The notes under the pieces were generated by a model that had not been told where the DNA came from, did no database searches, and worked only from the letters and a program-made list of their open reading frames with translations. Shown piece after piece: positions 48,155-56,523 of a stretch of 64,000 bases of DNA. A program made the translations under genes and the position numbers. Origin of the DNA: Candidatus Limnocylindrales bacterium (GTDB lineage Bacteria > Chloroflexota > Limnocylindria > Limnocylindrales > CSP1-4); contig DATLGJ010000001.1 in NCBI GenBank assembly GCA_035540555.1, positions 73,032 through 137,031 of the forward strand, written 5' to 3'. Numbering within the stretch: the stretch's first letter is position 1; each line of letters opens with the position of its first letter.

Positions 48155-48231
48155 GGACCCGTGGTGTAGCGGCCCAACATGCCAGCCTGTCACGCTGGAG
48201 ATCGCCGGTTCGAATCCGGTCGGGTCCGCCA
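48155..48231 (+). tRNA. tRNA-Asp (anticodon GTC), CCA encoded
   Basis: GGACCCG-TG-GTGT-AGCGGCCCA-ACAT-G-CCAGC-CTGTCAC-GCTGG-AGATC-GCCGG-TTCGAAT-CCGGT-CGGGTCC-G-CCA. Confidence 0.93.
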
Positions 48232-48308
48232 CTCTCCTTTCCGTCCACGAGGTATCCGAGATCTCCCGATCAGTCGGCGATCGGCGCTTCCCGCTCGCCG
48301 CCCTGGCG

Positions 48309-49919
48309 GTGGCCGGTGTCCTCCTCGTGACGGTGTGGCTGATCCTGGACGCGTTGGGCACGCGCCCGCCCGTCGCGCCGTTGGCCACGCCCACGCTGGC
48401 CGGCCCTGCCATCTCCTCGCCGGGCACGACGACCCCCGCGGGAACCCGCGTCGGTGAGGCCACTGCCTCGCCGAGTGCCGAGCCGACCGCCGCGACCTCG
48501 CCCGACCCGGCGGCTCCCACCCCCGAGCCGGCAGAGGTCGACATGGCCTTCGTCCCGGTCGTGTCGTTCTGGTCGGACCAGTCCGACGTCCCGCTGGCAG
48601 GTTTGCTTGCGAGCATGCGCGACGGGCTGACGCGCGGCGGCGGCCACCTGATTGTCCCTGCTCAAGACCGCGAGGCCATCGCCAAGGCGCTCGGCATCAG
48701 CATCCACCCCAGTGTCGCGTCGGGCGATGTCGACGAGGTCAGGGCGGCTGTGCGCGACGGCGGCTTCGGTGTCCTGCGCGCGACCGACGTGACGCCGGCC
48801 GTCCGTGCCCTGTCGATTGACGGCGCCAGCCTGTTCGGCAACGATCGGCTCAAGGACCTGGCCGACTGGCCGCTGACGGCCCGGGTGGCGGAGGATCAGC
48901 CTTTCGACCCGGCGAACGCGTGGACGATCGTCGCCGTCGGCGACATCCTGATCGACCGCGGCGTGGCCAACCGTGTGTTCACACGCGGCCAGGGCGTCGA
49001 CTACCCGTACGATGGCGGTACGGCCCGGATCACCGCAATCCTCTGTTGCTCCGACTTCGGCTGGCCGATACCGACGGTCGAGAAGACGGGCAACGATGGC
49101 GCCGTCCGCGCGCTGCTTCAGGCCGGCGACCTGACCATCGGCAACCTCGAGTCGGCGGTCGTGCCCAACGCGCGTATCGCCAGCGGCGGCTTCCGCTTCC
49201 ATGGGCGTCCGGAGATGCTCGATGGAATCGCCAATGCGGGGTTCGACTTCCTGTCGCTGGCCAACAACCACATCGGCGACGCGGGCGAGGAGGGGATCCT
49301 CAGGGCAATGCGCGAGCTAGACGCCCGCGGCATTTTGCACGCCGGGGCCGGTCGCACCCCGCGCGAGGCGCGCCGAGCTGCGGAGACGGTGGTCAATGGT
49401 CAGAGGGTCGCGATCGTGGCGTGCGACGCCATCCAGCGCCGTTACGGGGTCAGCTCGGAGCGCACCGGATCACTGGCCTGCCGCGACGAGCGCGTGGTTG
49501 CCGAGATTGAGCGCCAGCGCGCCGACAGCGACGTGATCATCGTCTTCCCCCATTGGGGCCGCGAGTACCGCGCCGAGCCGCGTCCGTACCAGCGCGCGAT
49601 GGCGCGCGATTGGGTGGCCGCCGGCGCCGACGTAATCATCGGGGCCCACTCGCACTGGGCCGGCGCGATCGAGGAGGTGGACGGCCGGCTCGTCTTCTAC
49701 TCGCTGGGAAACTTCGTCTTCGACCAGTACTGGCAGACCGAGACCCAGCTGGGGCTGATGCTGGAGCTGACATTCCACGCTGACCGGCTGGTCCAGGCTC
49801 GGTTGCACCCGACGATCATCGTCGACCAGGCGCAGCCGAACCTGCTCGACGAGCCGGAGGACCGGCAGCGCGTGATCGATCAGGTGCGCGACGGCTCGCG
49901 GGGCTTGCTGCCTTACTAG
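48309..49919 (+). CDS. CapA/PgsA-family (poly-gamma-glutamate capsule synthesis-like) metallophosphatase-fold protein with N-terminal anchor and Pro/Thr-rich linker
   Basis: C-terminal part of track ORF 47796..49919; WTIVAVGDILIDRG, GNLESA, LSLANNHIGD, FPHWGREY, IGAHSHW, FYSLGNFVFDQ. The first canonical start after the tRNA is GTG 48309, inside the TM segment; the real start could be upstream (for example ATC 48261). Confidence 0.8.
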   Translation: MAGVLLVTVWLILDALGTRPPVAPLATPTLAGPAISSPGTTTPAGTRVGEATASPSAEPTAATSPDPAAPTPEPAEVDMAFVPVVSFWSDQSDVPLAGLLASMRDGLTRGGGHLIVPAQDREAIAKALGISIHPSVASGDVDEVRAAVRDGGFGVLRATDVTPAVRALSIDGASLFGNDRLKDLADWPLTARVAEDQPFDPANAWTIVAVGDILIDRGVANRVFTRGQGVDYPYDGGTARITAILCCSDFGWPIPTVEKTGNDGAVRALLQAGDLTIGNLESAVVPNARIASGGFRFHGRPEMLDGIANAGFDFLSLANNHIGDAGEEGILRAMRELDARGILHAGAGRTPREARRAAETVVNGQRVAIVACDAIQRRYGVSSERTGSLACRDERVVAEIERQRADSDVIIVFPHWGREYRAEPRPYQRAMARDWVAAGADVIIGAHSHWAGAIEEVDGRLVFYSLGNFVFDQYWQTETQLGLMLELTFHADRLVQARLHPTIIVDQAQPNLLDEPEDRQRVIDQVRDGSRGLLPY

Positions 49920-50782
49920 CGGAGGCCGGCGAAGAGGTCGTCTTCCGGTATGCGCACGCCGACCCGCGAGGCGCGCAGCGTGAAAGCTTCTGTCGGCATC
50001 AGCTCGCGCCAGTCGTCCGGTGTCAGCGCAAGCAGCGGGAAGGTCCGCGCCAGCTGGGTCACGTGCTCGCTCATCGCGCGGTGCTTTGCCTCGAGGTGGT
50101 GGGCCACATCGACCCGCGTGGTAACGGGCCCCTGGGCGGCCGCCATGCGGGCAAGCTGTGCCTCGCGTTCACGCCGCTGTTCGTCGGTCTCGTCGGCCGC
50201 TGGCTGCCACCATGCCTGCGCGCCACGCTCGATGGCGCGCTGACGAACCTCCTCCAGGCGGGCGAACTCGGTCGCAACCTCGTACAGCTTGAGCGGCGGC
50301 TCGGCGTCGTCCGCCGCTCGCTCGAACGCCGCTTTGGTGATCAGCGCGGCGCGGATATGATCGGGGTGGCCGTAGCCGCCGAAGTCGTTGTACGAGACCA
50401 TGACCTGAGGGCGGGTGTCGCGAACGATGGCCAGCAGGCGGTCGACCGCCTCGTCGAAGTGCGCCTGCCAGAAGGAGTCCGACGCGTCGTTCTCGGGCGT
50501 GCCCATCATTCCCGAGTCGACATAGCCCAGCCAACGGTGGTCGATCGCGCCGAGATGGGCAAGCGCGCGGGCAATCTCGAGGCGCCTGAGCTCGGCCAGG
50601 CGGGCGTGGTTCTCGGGCGTGTCCAGCTCGGGCAGGACGATCTCGCCGTGCTCGCCCCCGGTGCAGGTCACGCACACGACGTGGGCGCCCTCCGCGGCAT
50701 AGCGCGCCATCACGCCGCCCGTCGAGATCGACTCGTCGTCAGGGTGGGCGTGTACCAGCAGCAGGGTGGGTCGGTCGGCCAT
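49916..50782 (-). CDS. PIG-L/LmbE-family N-acetylglucosaminyl deacetylase (MshB/Mca-like)
   Basis: 288 aa; LLLVHAHPDDESISTGG, GGYGHPDHI. Confidence 0.85.
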   Translation of the reverse strand: MADRPTLLLVHAHPDDESISTGGVMARYAAEGAHVVCVTCTGGEHGEIVLPELDTPENHARLAELRRLEIARALAHLGAIDHRWLGYVDSGMMGTPENDASDSFWQAHFDEAVDRLLAIVRDTRPQVMVSYNDFGGYGHPDHIRAALITKAAFERAADDAEPPLKLYEVATEFARLEEVRQRAIERGAQAWWQPAADETDEQRREREAQLARMAAAQGPVTTRVDVAHHLEAKHRAMSEHVTQLARTFPLLALTPDDWRELMPTEAFTLRASRVGVRIPEDDLFAGLR

Positions 50783-50819
50783 CTGCCGATGATAGGATCG
50801 GCCGGATAAGGGAGGTCCT

Positions 50820-51632
50820 TTGAGCGACGAACGTGAGCGCTGGGCGCTGATTCTGGGCGCCAGCAGTGGCTTTGGTGAGGCTGCCGCGTTGGCCCTCGCC
50901 GCCGACGGCTACAACATCTGTGGGGTGCACCTCGACCGGCGGCAGGGGATGGCGCGCGTGGAGGAGATCAAGTCGCGCATCGCCGGCCACGGTCGGGAGG
51001 CGCTTTTCTTCAATGCCAACGCGGCCGACGAAGGCCAGCGGGCCAAGGTCGTCGCTGAGCTCGCGGCGCGGTTCCAGTCATCGGCCGGCGCCCGACCATA
51101 CGTGCGCGTGCTGATGCACTCGCTGGCGTTCGGCACGCTCAAGCCGTTTCTGGCCCAGGACCCGGGCGACGCGATCAATCGCAAGAACATGGACATGACT
51201 CTTGACGTGATGGCCCACAGCCTCGTCTATTGGGCACAGGACGTCTGGCGCGCGGAGCTGTTCGGCGAGGGATCGAAGGTGTACGCGATGACCAGCGAAG
51301 GCTCCTCGCGCGTGATCGGCAGCTACGGTGCGGTCAGCGCCGCGAAGTCGGCGCTGGAGTCCCACTGCCGACAGCTGGCCATGGAGTTCGCGAGGCTGGG
51401 GACCGGTGTGACGGTCAATGCCATCCGCGCCGGCGTGACGATGACCCCGGCGCTGATGCAGATCCCCGAGGCCCGGGAGCTGATCGAGCATGCAACCAAC
51501 CGCAACCCGATGGGCCGCATGACGACCGTCGACGACGTGGCACAGGCCCTCGTTCGGCTGTCCGGCGAGGGAACGCACTGGATCACGGGCAACGTGATCG
51601 GCGTCGACGGCGGCGAGCTGGTCAGCGGCTGA
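50820..51632 (+). CDS. SDR-family enoyl-[acyl-carrier-protein] reductase-like oxidoreductase
   Basis: 270 aa, TTG start; ILGASSGFG, Tyr-x6-Lys (YGAVSAAK) as in FabI/FabL, GVTVNAIRAG, ITGNVIGVDGG. Confidence 0.8.
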   Translation: MSDERERWALILGASSGFGEAAALALAADGYNICGVHLDRRQGMARVEEIKSRIAGHGREALFFNANAADEGQRAKVVAELAARFQSSAGARPYVRVLMHSLAFGTLKPFLAQDPGDAINRKNMDMTLDVMAHSLVYWAQDVWRAELFGEGSKVYAMTSEGSSRVIGSYGAVSAAKSALESHCRQLAMEFARLGTGVTVNAIRAGVTMTPALMQIPEARELIEHATNRNPMGRMTTVDDVAQALVRLSGEGTHWITGNVIGVDGGELVSG

Positions 51633-51640
51633 TCAACGAG

Positions 51641-52018
51641 GTGAGCCAGCCGGGCGCGGAGCGGCGGTTGCCGGACGTCGAGCCGCCGTCCGTCCGCGAC
51701 CACCTGGCCAACGAGCGCACCCTGCTGGCCTGGGTCCGGACCGCTCTCACGGTCGTCGGCCTCGGTTTCATCGTCGACCGGCTGGCCCTCGAGGGGGTGG
51801 CGGGCCGGCCTGAAGCGCTGCTCGGCATCGCGCTGGTCATCATCGGCGGCCTGATCGGTGCGGCCGGCGGATGGTCCTTTCTGCGGGCGCGACGCGAGAT
51901 GCTCGCCGGCCGTTATCACCCGTCCATCGGACTGCATCTGGCGCTGGTCGCAGCCGTCGTGTTGGGGTCGGTGGTGGTCGCCGCGTTCCTGCTCACCAGC
52001 CGCCCCGCCGGGGCCTGA
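51641..52018 (+). CDS. DUF202 (YidH-like) small membrane protein
   Basis: 125 aa from GTG 51641; RDHLANERTLLAWVRT motif, 3 TM segments. Confidence 0.75.
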   Translation: MSQPGAERRLPDVEPPSVRDHLANERTLLAWVRTALTVVGLGFIVDRLALEGVAGRPEALLGIALVIIGGLIGAAGGWSFLRARREMLAGRYHPSIGLHLALVAAVVLGSVVVAAFLLTSRPAGA

Positions 52019-52038
52019 CCTCGCGACCGGCGGTCGGC

Positions 52039-55000
52039 TCAGGGCGTGTAGCCGGTCAGCTCCACGTAGGCATCGCCGGCCAGCGGGGAGCCCGCGCGTG
52101 TGGCCGAGACGTGCTGAGAACCCTCCCAGTAGATGACCCCGGTGGTGGGGCGTGTGTCGAGCTCCTGGTCGGCCACGGTGGGCGCCAGCTCGACGATCAG
52201 CTGCTGGCTCGGGATCGAGATGCGCCAGCCCGCCGGCCAGGTGATGCCGGTGCGAGGGCTCGTCCACTCGCCGGTCTCCTCGATTACCAGCTCCTCGCGC
52301 GGCAGGTGGAGCGCCTCGCCGTCGGGCTGGACCAGCGTGCCGTAGATGAGCGGGAAGTCACCCTCCGCGTCCCGGACCATCGAGACCGTCAGGTCAGTAC
52401 CGTCCTCGAGGTTGATCGCGAACCAGTCCCAGCCTCCGCCACCGACGGCGATGAAGTCGCCCCACTGGTGGTCGAACCAGGCCGTTCCCTCGACCGGGAT
52501 GCTCTCGTCGTCTAGTGTCAGCGTGCCGCCTGCCAGCATGCGCGGCCACGAGTAGTAGTACGAGCCGCCGGCCGGGCCGAAGTCGACCCAGCCGTCGCCG
52601 TCGTGCAGCAGCGGCTCGGCTCGGGTCGACTGGAGCGCCAGCTGGATGGCAAAGCCGGCCTCCGCTGCCGACGCGGAAAGGCGGTCATTTCCCAGGCGGC
52701 CGGCCATCCGCCACGGTTCGCCGGCAGTGACCGTCGGCGGCTGCTCGGCCACCGGCGCCCCGATCATCTGGCTGAGTGGATCGCCGCCGGCGATGGCCAG
52801 ATCGAAGCCGCCGTCCAGACCGGCCGCCGCGCCCCGGTCCACCTGCGGCCCGATCTCCGCCCGCTGCTCGTACAGGAATCGATCGCCCGCCTCATCGGTC
52901 AGGGCCAGGTGGGAGGCCCAGGTGACGGGGAAGGAGCCGCGCTCGGCGCGGAAGATGACGAACTCGAAGCCGAAGCGGCGGCCATCGTCTGCGCGCAGGT
53001 GGCCCGTGTAGTACCACCACTCCGTCAGCCGGGCGTGGGGTGCCTCGTCGCGCGGCAGGTTGATCGGCTGAGGGTCAGCGGCCGGCGTGGGCGCGGGTTG
53101 AGCCGGCGGCGGCGACGGCCGCGCCGGCGGATCCACGCCCAGCAGCCGTCCTTCCGGCGAGCAGGCCCCCGCAACCAGCACCACGACGAGCGCCAGGGCC
53201 GCCGTCTCGGGCAGGTGCAAACGGGTCGAGATGAAGCGCCGGACACGCGCCGGCAGCCACCAGTTGCGGTCGCCCAGCAGGCGCATCGTCGAGGGCACGA
53301 GCAGCGCCCGCACGACCGACGCATCGAGCGCCACGGCGATGGCCACGCCCAGCCCCAGCGCCTTGATCAGCACGATGTCGGCGAAGGCAAACGATCCCGC
53401 CACGACGACCACGATCAGCGCGGCCGAGGTTACGATCCGGCCCGAGCGCTCCATCCCGCGCGCCACCGCCTCGCGGTTGTTGCCGGCCCGGTCGTAGACC
53501 TCTTTCATGCGGCTGAGCAGGAAGACCTCGTAATCCATCGACAGCCCGAACAGGACGCAGAAGAGAATTACGGGCAGCGTGGTCTCGACGAAGCCCAGAG
53601 GCGTGAACCCGAGCAGCGCGGAGAGGTTGCCGTCCTGGAACACCCACACGAGCGCGCCGAAGGCGGCCGTGATCGACAGCGCGTTGACGAGGATGGCCTT
53701 GATCGGCAGGACCAGGCAGCGCAACAGCACGAACAGCACCACGAAGGTGGTCAGCAGGATGAAGGCGGCCGTGCGCGGGAAGTCCGCCGCGATCCGATCG
53801 ACAACGTCGCCCACCTCGGCCGCACCGCCACCGACCAGCACGCTCATGCCCGTCGGCGGGGCGAGGGTGGAGGTCGGGTCGCGCAGGTCGTCGACCAGCG
53901 CCTGGCCTTCCTCCCTGTTGGGGCCGTACCAGGTGTAGAGCGTGAAGGCGGTCAGGTTGCCGCGCGTGGTCCGGGCAAGCGCGTCGGCGACGAAGCGGTC
54001 CGCCGGCCCGCCGGGGGCACCGTAGAGCAGTTGGTACTGCTCGCGTTGCAAGCGTGGGTCCACGTCAACCATTCCATCCACATGGGCGACTCGCGGATCG
54101 TCGGCCAGGCGGCGCGACCAGTCATAGAGCGCGCCCACGTTGGCCGGCTCGGTGGCCCGACCGGTCGTCCGGATGGCCATCACCAGCGGCGCGAACTGGC
54201 CCTCTCCGAAGTTGTCCACCAGGACGTCATAGGCCTCCCGGGATGGTACGCCGGGCGGCAGGATCGACGCGTCGGGAGCGTTGAATCGAGCATGCAGGAA
54301 CGGCGTGCCGAGCAGCAGCAGGAAGGCCAGCGTCGGCACGAAGAAGAGCAGCGGTCTGTCCATCACCCGATTGGCCAGCCGTGCCCAGGCGCCGTCGCCG
54401 CTCAGCCGAAGCGGGCCGCGCATGACCGGCAACGAGTTGACGCGCGGCCCCAGGAAGGCCAGCACCGCGGGCAGCAATGTCAGCGCCCCGACCACGGCCA
54501 TGGCCACCACGATGGCGCCGGCGATGCCGACCGAGCGCAGGACCATGAAGTCGAACAGCATCAGGCCGATCAACCCGAGCAGCACGGTCAGTCCAGAGAA
54601 GAACACCGCTCGGCCGGCGGTGGCCACGGTCATCGCCACCGCGTGCTCGCGTGTCGGGTGACTGCCATGGCTGAGCTCCTCGCGAAAGCGGCTCGTCAGC
54701 AGGAGCGCGTAGTCGACGCCGAGGCCCAGCCCGAGCAGGGTCGCCAGGTTGAGCACGAAAATCGAGAAGGGAGTCAGATGCGTGGCGATGAAAATCAGTC
54801 CCAGCGCCACGACGACGGCACCGCCGCCAACGACGATCGGCACGCCGGCGGCCACGACGCTGCCGAAGACGAGCAGCAGGGCCAGCGCCGCAAGGGGCAG
54901 CGAGATGAGCTCGCTGCGCTGCAGGTCACGTTCCGAGACCACCTGGATGTCGCCGTAGAAGGCCGGGCCACCGGCGAGGAAGGAGCGCATCCCGGGGACA

Positions 55001-55449
55001 TCGACCAGCGCCTGCTGGACGGGCTCCAGGGCGAGCGGCGACTGGTCGGGCGAAAGGTCAAGGGTGACGATCGCGTACACGGTTCGGCCGTCGGCACTGA
55101 CCTGTCGTGGTGCGAGGTGGTGGGTCAGCACCTCGTCGACGTGTTCGGCCTGGGGCACCCGGCTCAGGGCTCGCGCTACGGACAGCTCGAACTGTGGGTC
55201 ACCGGCGCGAGCGTCCGTCTCGCTCTGCAGCACGACGACCATGGCCGACGGCGCAAGTCCGAGCTCCTCTTCGAGCACGATCCGCGCCCGCGACGCTTCG
55301 AGGTCGTCGGTGGTGAAGCCCCCGGCGCTCAGCGCGCCGGGCAGCTGCGGGGCCAGCGGCAGCGCGGCGAGAAGGGCGAACAGCCACGCGCCGGCGACCA
55401 GCCGCCGGCGAAGCGCGCAGAAGTAGCCCAGGCGGTAGAAAAGGTTCAT
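52039..55449 (-). CDS. MMPL/RND-superfamily transporter fused through a lipobox-containing segment to an AttH/CrtC-like (hydroxyneurosporene-synthase fold / lipocalin-like) domain
   Basis: 1136 aa; two MMPL halves, ending with the typical LLGDRNWWLP; then ...ETAALALVVVLVAGAC (lipobox, Cys codon 53163-53161), a Pro-rich linker, then EWWYYTGHL...WFDHQWGDF...VIYWEG. Confidence 0.9.
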   Translation of the reverse strand: MNLFYRLGYFCALRRRLVAGAWLFALLAALPLAPQLPGALSAGGFTTDDLEASRARIVLEEELGLAPSAMVVVLQSETDARAGDPQFELSVARALSRVPQAEHVDEVLTHHLAPRQVSADGRTVYAIVTLDLSPDQSPLALEPVQQALVDVPGMRSFLAGGPAFYGDIQVVSERDLQRSELISLPLAALALLLVFGSVVAAGVPIVVGGGAVVVALGLIFIATHLTPFSIFVLNLATLLGLGLGVDYALLLTSRFREELSHGSHPTREHAVAMTVATAGRAVFFSGLTVLLGLIGLMLFDFMVLRSVGIAGAIVVAMAVVGALTLLPAVLAFLGPRVNSLPVMRGPLRLSGDGAWARLANRVMDRPLLFFVPTLAFLLLLGTPFLHARFNAPDASILPPGVPSREAYDVLVDNFGEGQFAPLVMAIRTTGRATEPANVGALYDWSRRLADDPRVAHVDGMVDVDPRLQREQYQLLYGAPGGPADRFVADALARTTRGNLTAFTLYTWYGPNREEGQALVDDLRDPTSTLAPPTGMSVLVGGGAAEVGDVVDRIAADFPRTAAFILLTTFVVLFVLLRCLVLPIKAILVNALSITAAFGALVWVFQDGNLSALLGFTPLGFVETTLPVILFCVLFGLSMDYEVFLLSRMKEVYDRAGNNREAVARGMERSGRIVTSAALIVVVVAGSFAFADIVLIKALGLGVAIAVALDASVVRALLVPSTMRLLGDRNWWLPARVRRFISTRLHLPETAALALVVVLVAGACSPEGRLLGVDPPARPSPPPAQPAPTPAADPQPINLPRDEAPHARLTEWWYYTGHLRADDGRRFGFEFVIFRAERGSFPVTWASHLALTDEAGDRFLYEQRAEIGPQVDRGAAAGLDGGFDLAIAGGDPLSQMIGAPVAEQPPTVTAGEPWRMAGRLGNDRLSASAAEAGFAIQLALQSTRAEPLLHDGDGWVDFGPAGGSYYYSWPRMLAGGTLTLDDESIPVEGTAWFDHQWGDFIAVGGGGWDWFAINLEDGTDLTVSMVRDAEGDFPLIYGTLVQPDGEALHLPREELVIEETGEWTSPRTGITWPAGWRISIPSQQLIVELAPTVADQELDTRPTTGVIYWEGSQHVSATRAGSPLAGDAYVELTGYTP

Positions 55450-55510
55450 CGGTCAGCAGAAAGTTCCTGCGCGCAGCATGCGCCGTCGTCGGCGAGTGCG
55501 CCGCGGCGGC

Positions 55511-56038
55511 TCAGCCCTCGTCGGCGCGCGGCTCGTCGAGCGGCTCGACCACCGCCACATCCAGTCGTACCGGCTGGCGCCCGCTGCTCTCGCCATCGCC
55601 GCCGACCAGCTCCAGCGAGGCCTCGACCGTCGCCACGCCGCGAACGGTGGCCAGCGCACCGCAATAGCGCACCACCGCCAGTCGAACGACGCGCTCAAGC
55701 ACGCCGACGGTCAGCCGCTGACAGCGGACGACGAAGTGCAGCGCAATGCGCTCGTACTCCCACGGCGGCTGATCGGCCTGGAACCCCTCGACCTCGACAT
55801 CGACGGCGAGCAGGCTGAGCCGCCGCTTGCGCAGCATCTGGACGACATCCCAGGCGGCGCAGGCACCGGCGCTGGCCAGCAGCAGCTCGATCGGCGAGTA
55901 GCCGGTTGGCGGACGGGCATCGTCGCCGGGCGGGGCGGGGGCGTTGATCTGGATCGTGTAGCCGGCGTGGCTGCCGGTCGAGACGAATCGGCCCTCAGCG
56001 GATTGCCAGGCGACGGCTACTCGCCGATGACTGCCCAG
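55511..56038 (-). CDS. OsmC/Ohr-family peroxiredoxin-like protein; start codon uncertain
   Basis: C-terminal ~170 aa of track ORF 55511..56542; VAVAWQSAEGRFVSTGSHAGYTIQINAP...YSPIELLLASAGACAAWDVV...VVRYCGALATV. There is no ATG/GTG/TTG between 56149 and the conserved N-terminus; CTG at 56038 is the nearest candidate. Confidence 0.75.
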   Translation of the reverse strand: MGSHRRVAVAWQSAEGRFVSTGSHAGYTIQINAPAPPGDDARPPTGYSPIELLLASAGACAAWDVVQMLRKRRLSLLAVDVEVEGFQADQPPWEYERIALHFVVRCQRLTVGVLERVVRLAVVRYCGALATVRGVATVEASLELVGGDGESSGRQPVRLDVAVVEPLDEPRADEG

Positions 56039-56400
56039 ATCAGGCCCATCAGGATGAAGATACCGACCAGCAGCATCACGAAGGCCGGCGCGCCCATCTG
56101 CTGGGGCCCAAGGCCCAGGCTGGCCAGCAGGAACATGCCGACAGCCCAACCGATGAAGAGCAGGAAGAACAGCCAGCGCGTGTTGACGCTGGTCAGCGCC
56201 CGAACCCAGCCCGTGTAGCGGCGCTCCGGGACCAGCGCGGCGCGGATGAAGATGTACATCATCACCGCCGCCATGGCCACCGAGCCGAACAGGGCGAAGG
56301 GCTCGGCGATCAGCGACTGGAAGGGGTGCAAGGTCGAGACGGCGACGATGCCGGCGAGCAGAAAGGCAAAGACGATGCCCAGGGTGCGCAACCTCTCCAT
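56017..56400 (-). CDS. small integral membrane protein, unknown function
   Basis: 127 aa from ATG 56400 (MERLRTLGIVFAFLLAG...), 4 TM segments; the track ORF starts at 56469. Confidence 0.55.
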   Translation of the reverse strand: MERLRTLGIVFAFLLAGIVAVSTLHPFQSLIAEPFALFGSVAMAAVMMYIFIRAALVPERRYTGWVRALTSVNTRWLFFLLFIGWAVGMFLLASLGLGPQQMGAPAFVMLLVGIFILMGLIWAVIGE

Positions 56401-56478
56401 CGCGGCCGAGTCTATCAAAGGGTCGGGTCGGGGTCGTGCTCGTCGGTGGTCCTCGGTCGGGGCTATCATCGGAGCCTG

Positions 56479-56495
56479 CTATGCAGGCTGCATAG
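56479..56495. promoter_or_regulatory. palindrome CTATGCAGGCTGCATAG just downstream of a GGCTATCAT -10-like box (56461-56469) and 28 nt upstream of the kamA ATG
   Basis: near-identical copy at 45403-45419; lies in the divergent region between the 56400 membrane gene and kamA. Confidence 0.4.
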
Positions 56496-56523
56496 CGCAT
56501 ATTCGGAGGTCGGAGGCGGGCTG

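Noticed and set aside
46961-49919. 551-aa (minus) and 707-aa (plus) ORFs spanning the tRNA-Asp locus
   Set aside because: Their N-terminal parts run across or antisense to tRNA-Asp and each other. Only the conserved C-terminal parts (ltaE from 48052; CapA-like from about 48309) are credible.
52603-55818. 1071-aa plus-strand ORF
   Set aside because: Antisense shadow of the MMPL-AttH gene. Arg/Gly/Gln-rich junk, with no start or RBS context.
56401-56523. Lysine riboswitch in front of kamA
   Set aside because: The available leader is at most about 50-120 nt and shows none of the multi-helix L-box architecture. A protein operator (the palindrome) fits better.
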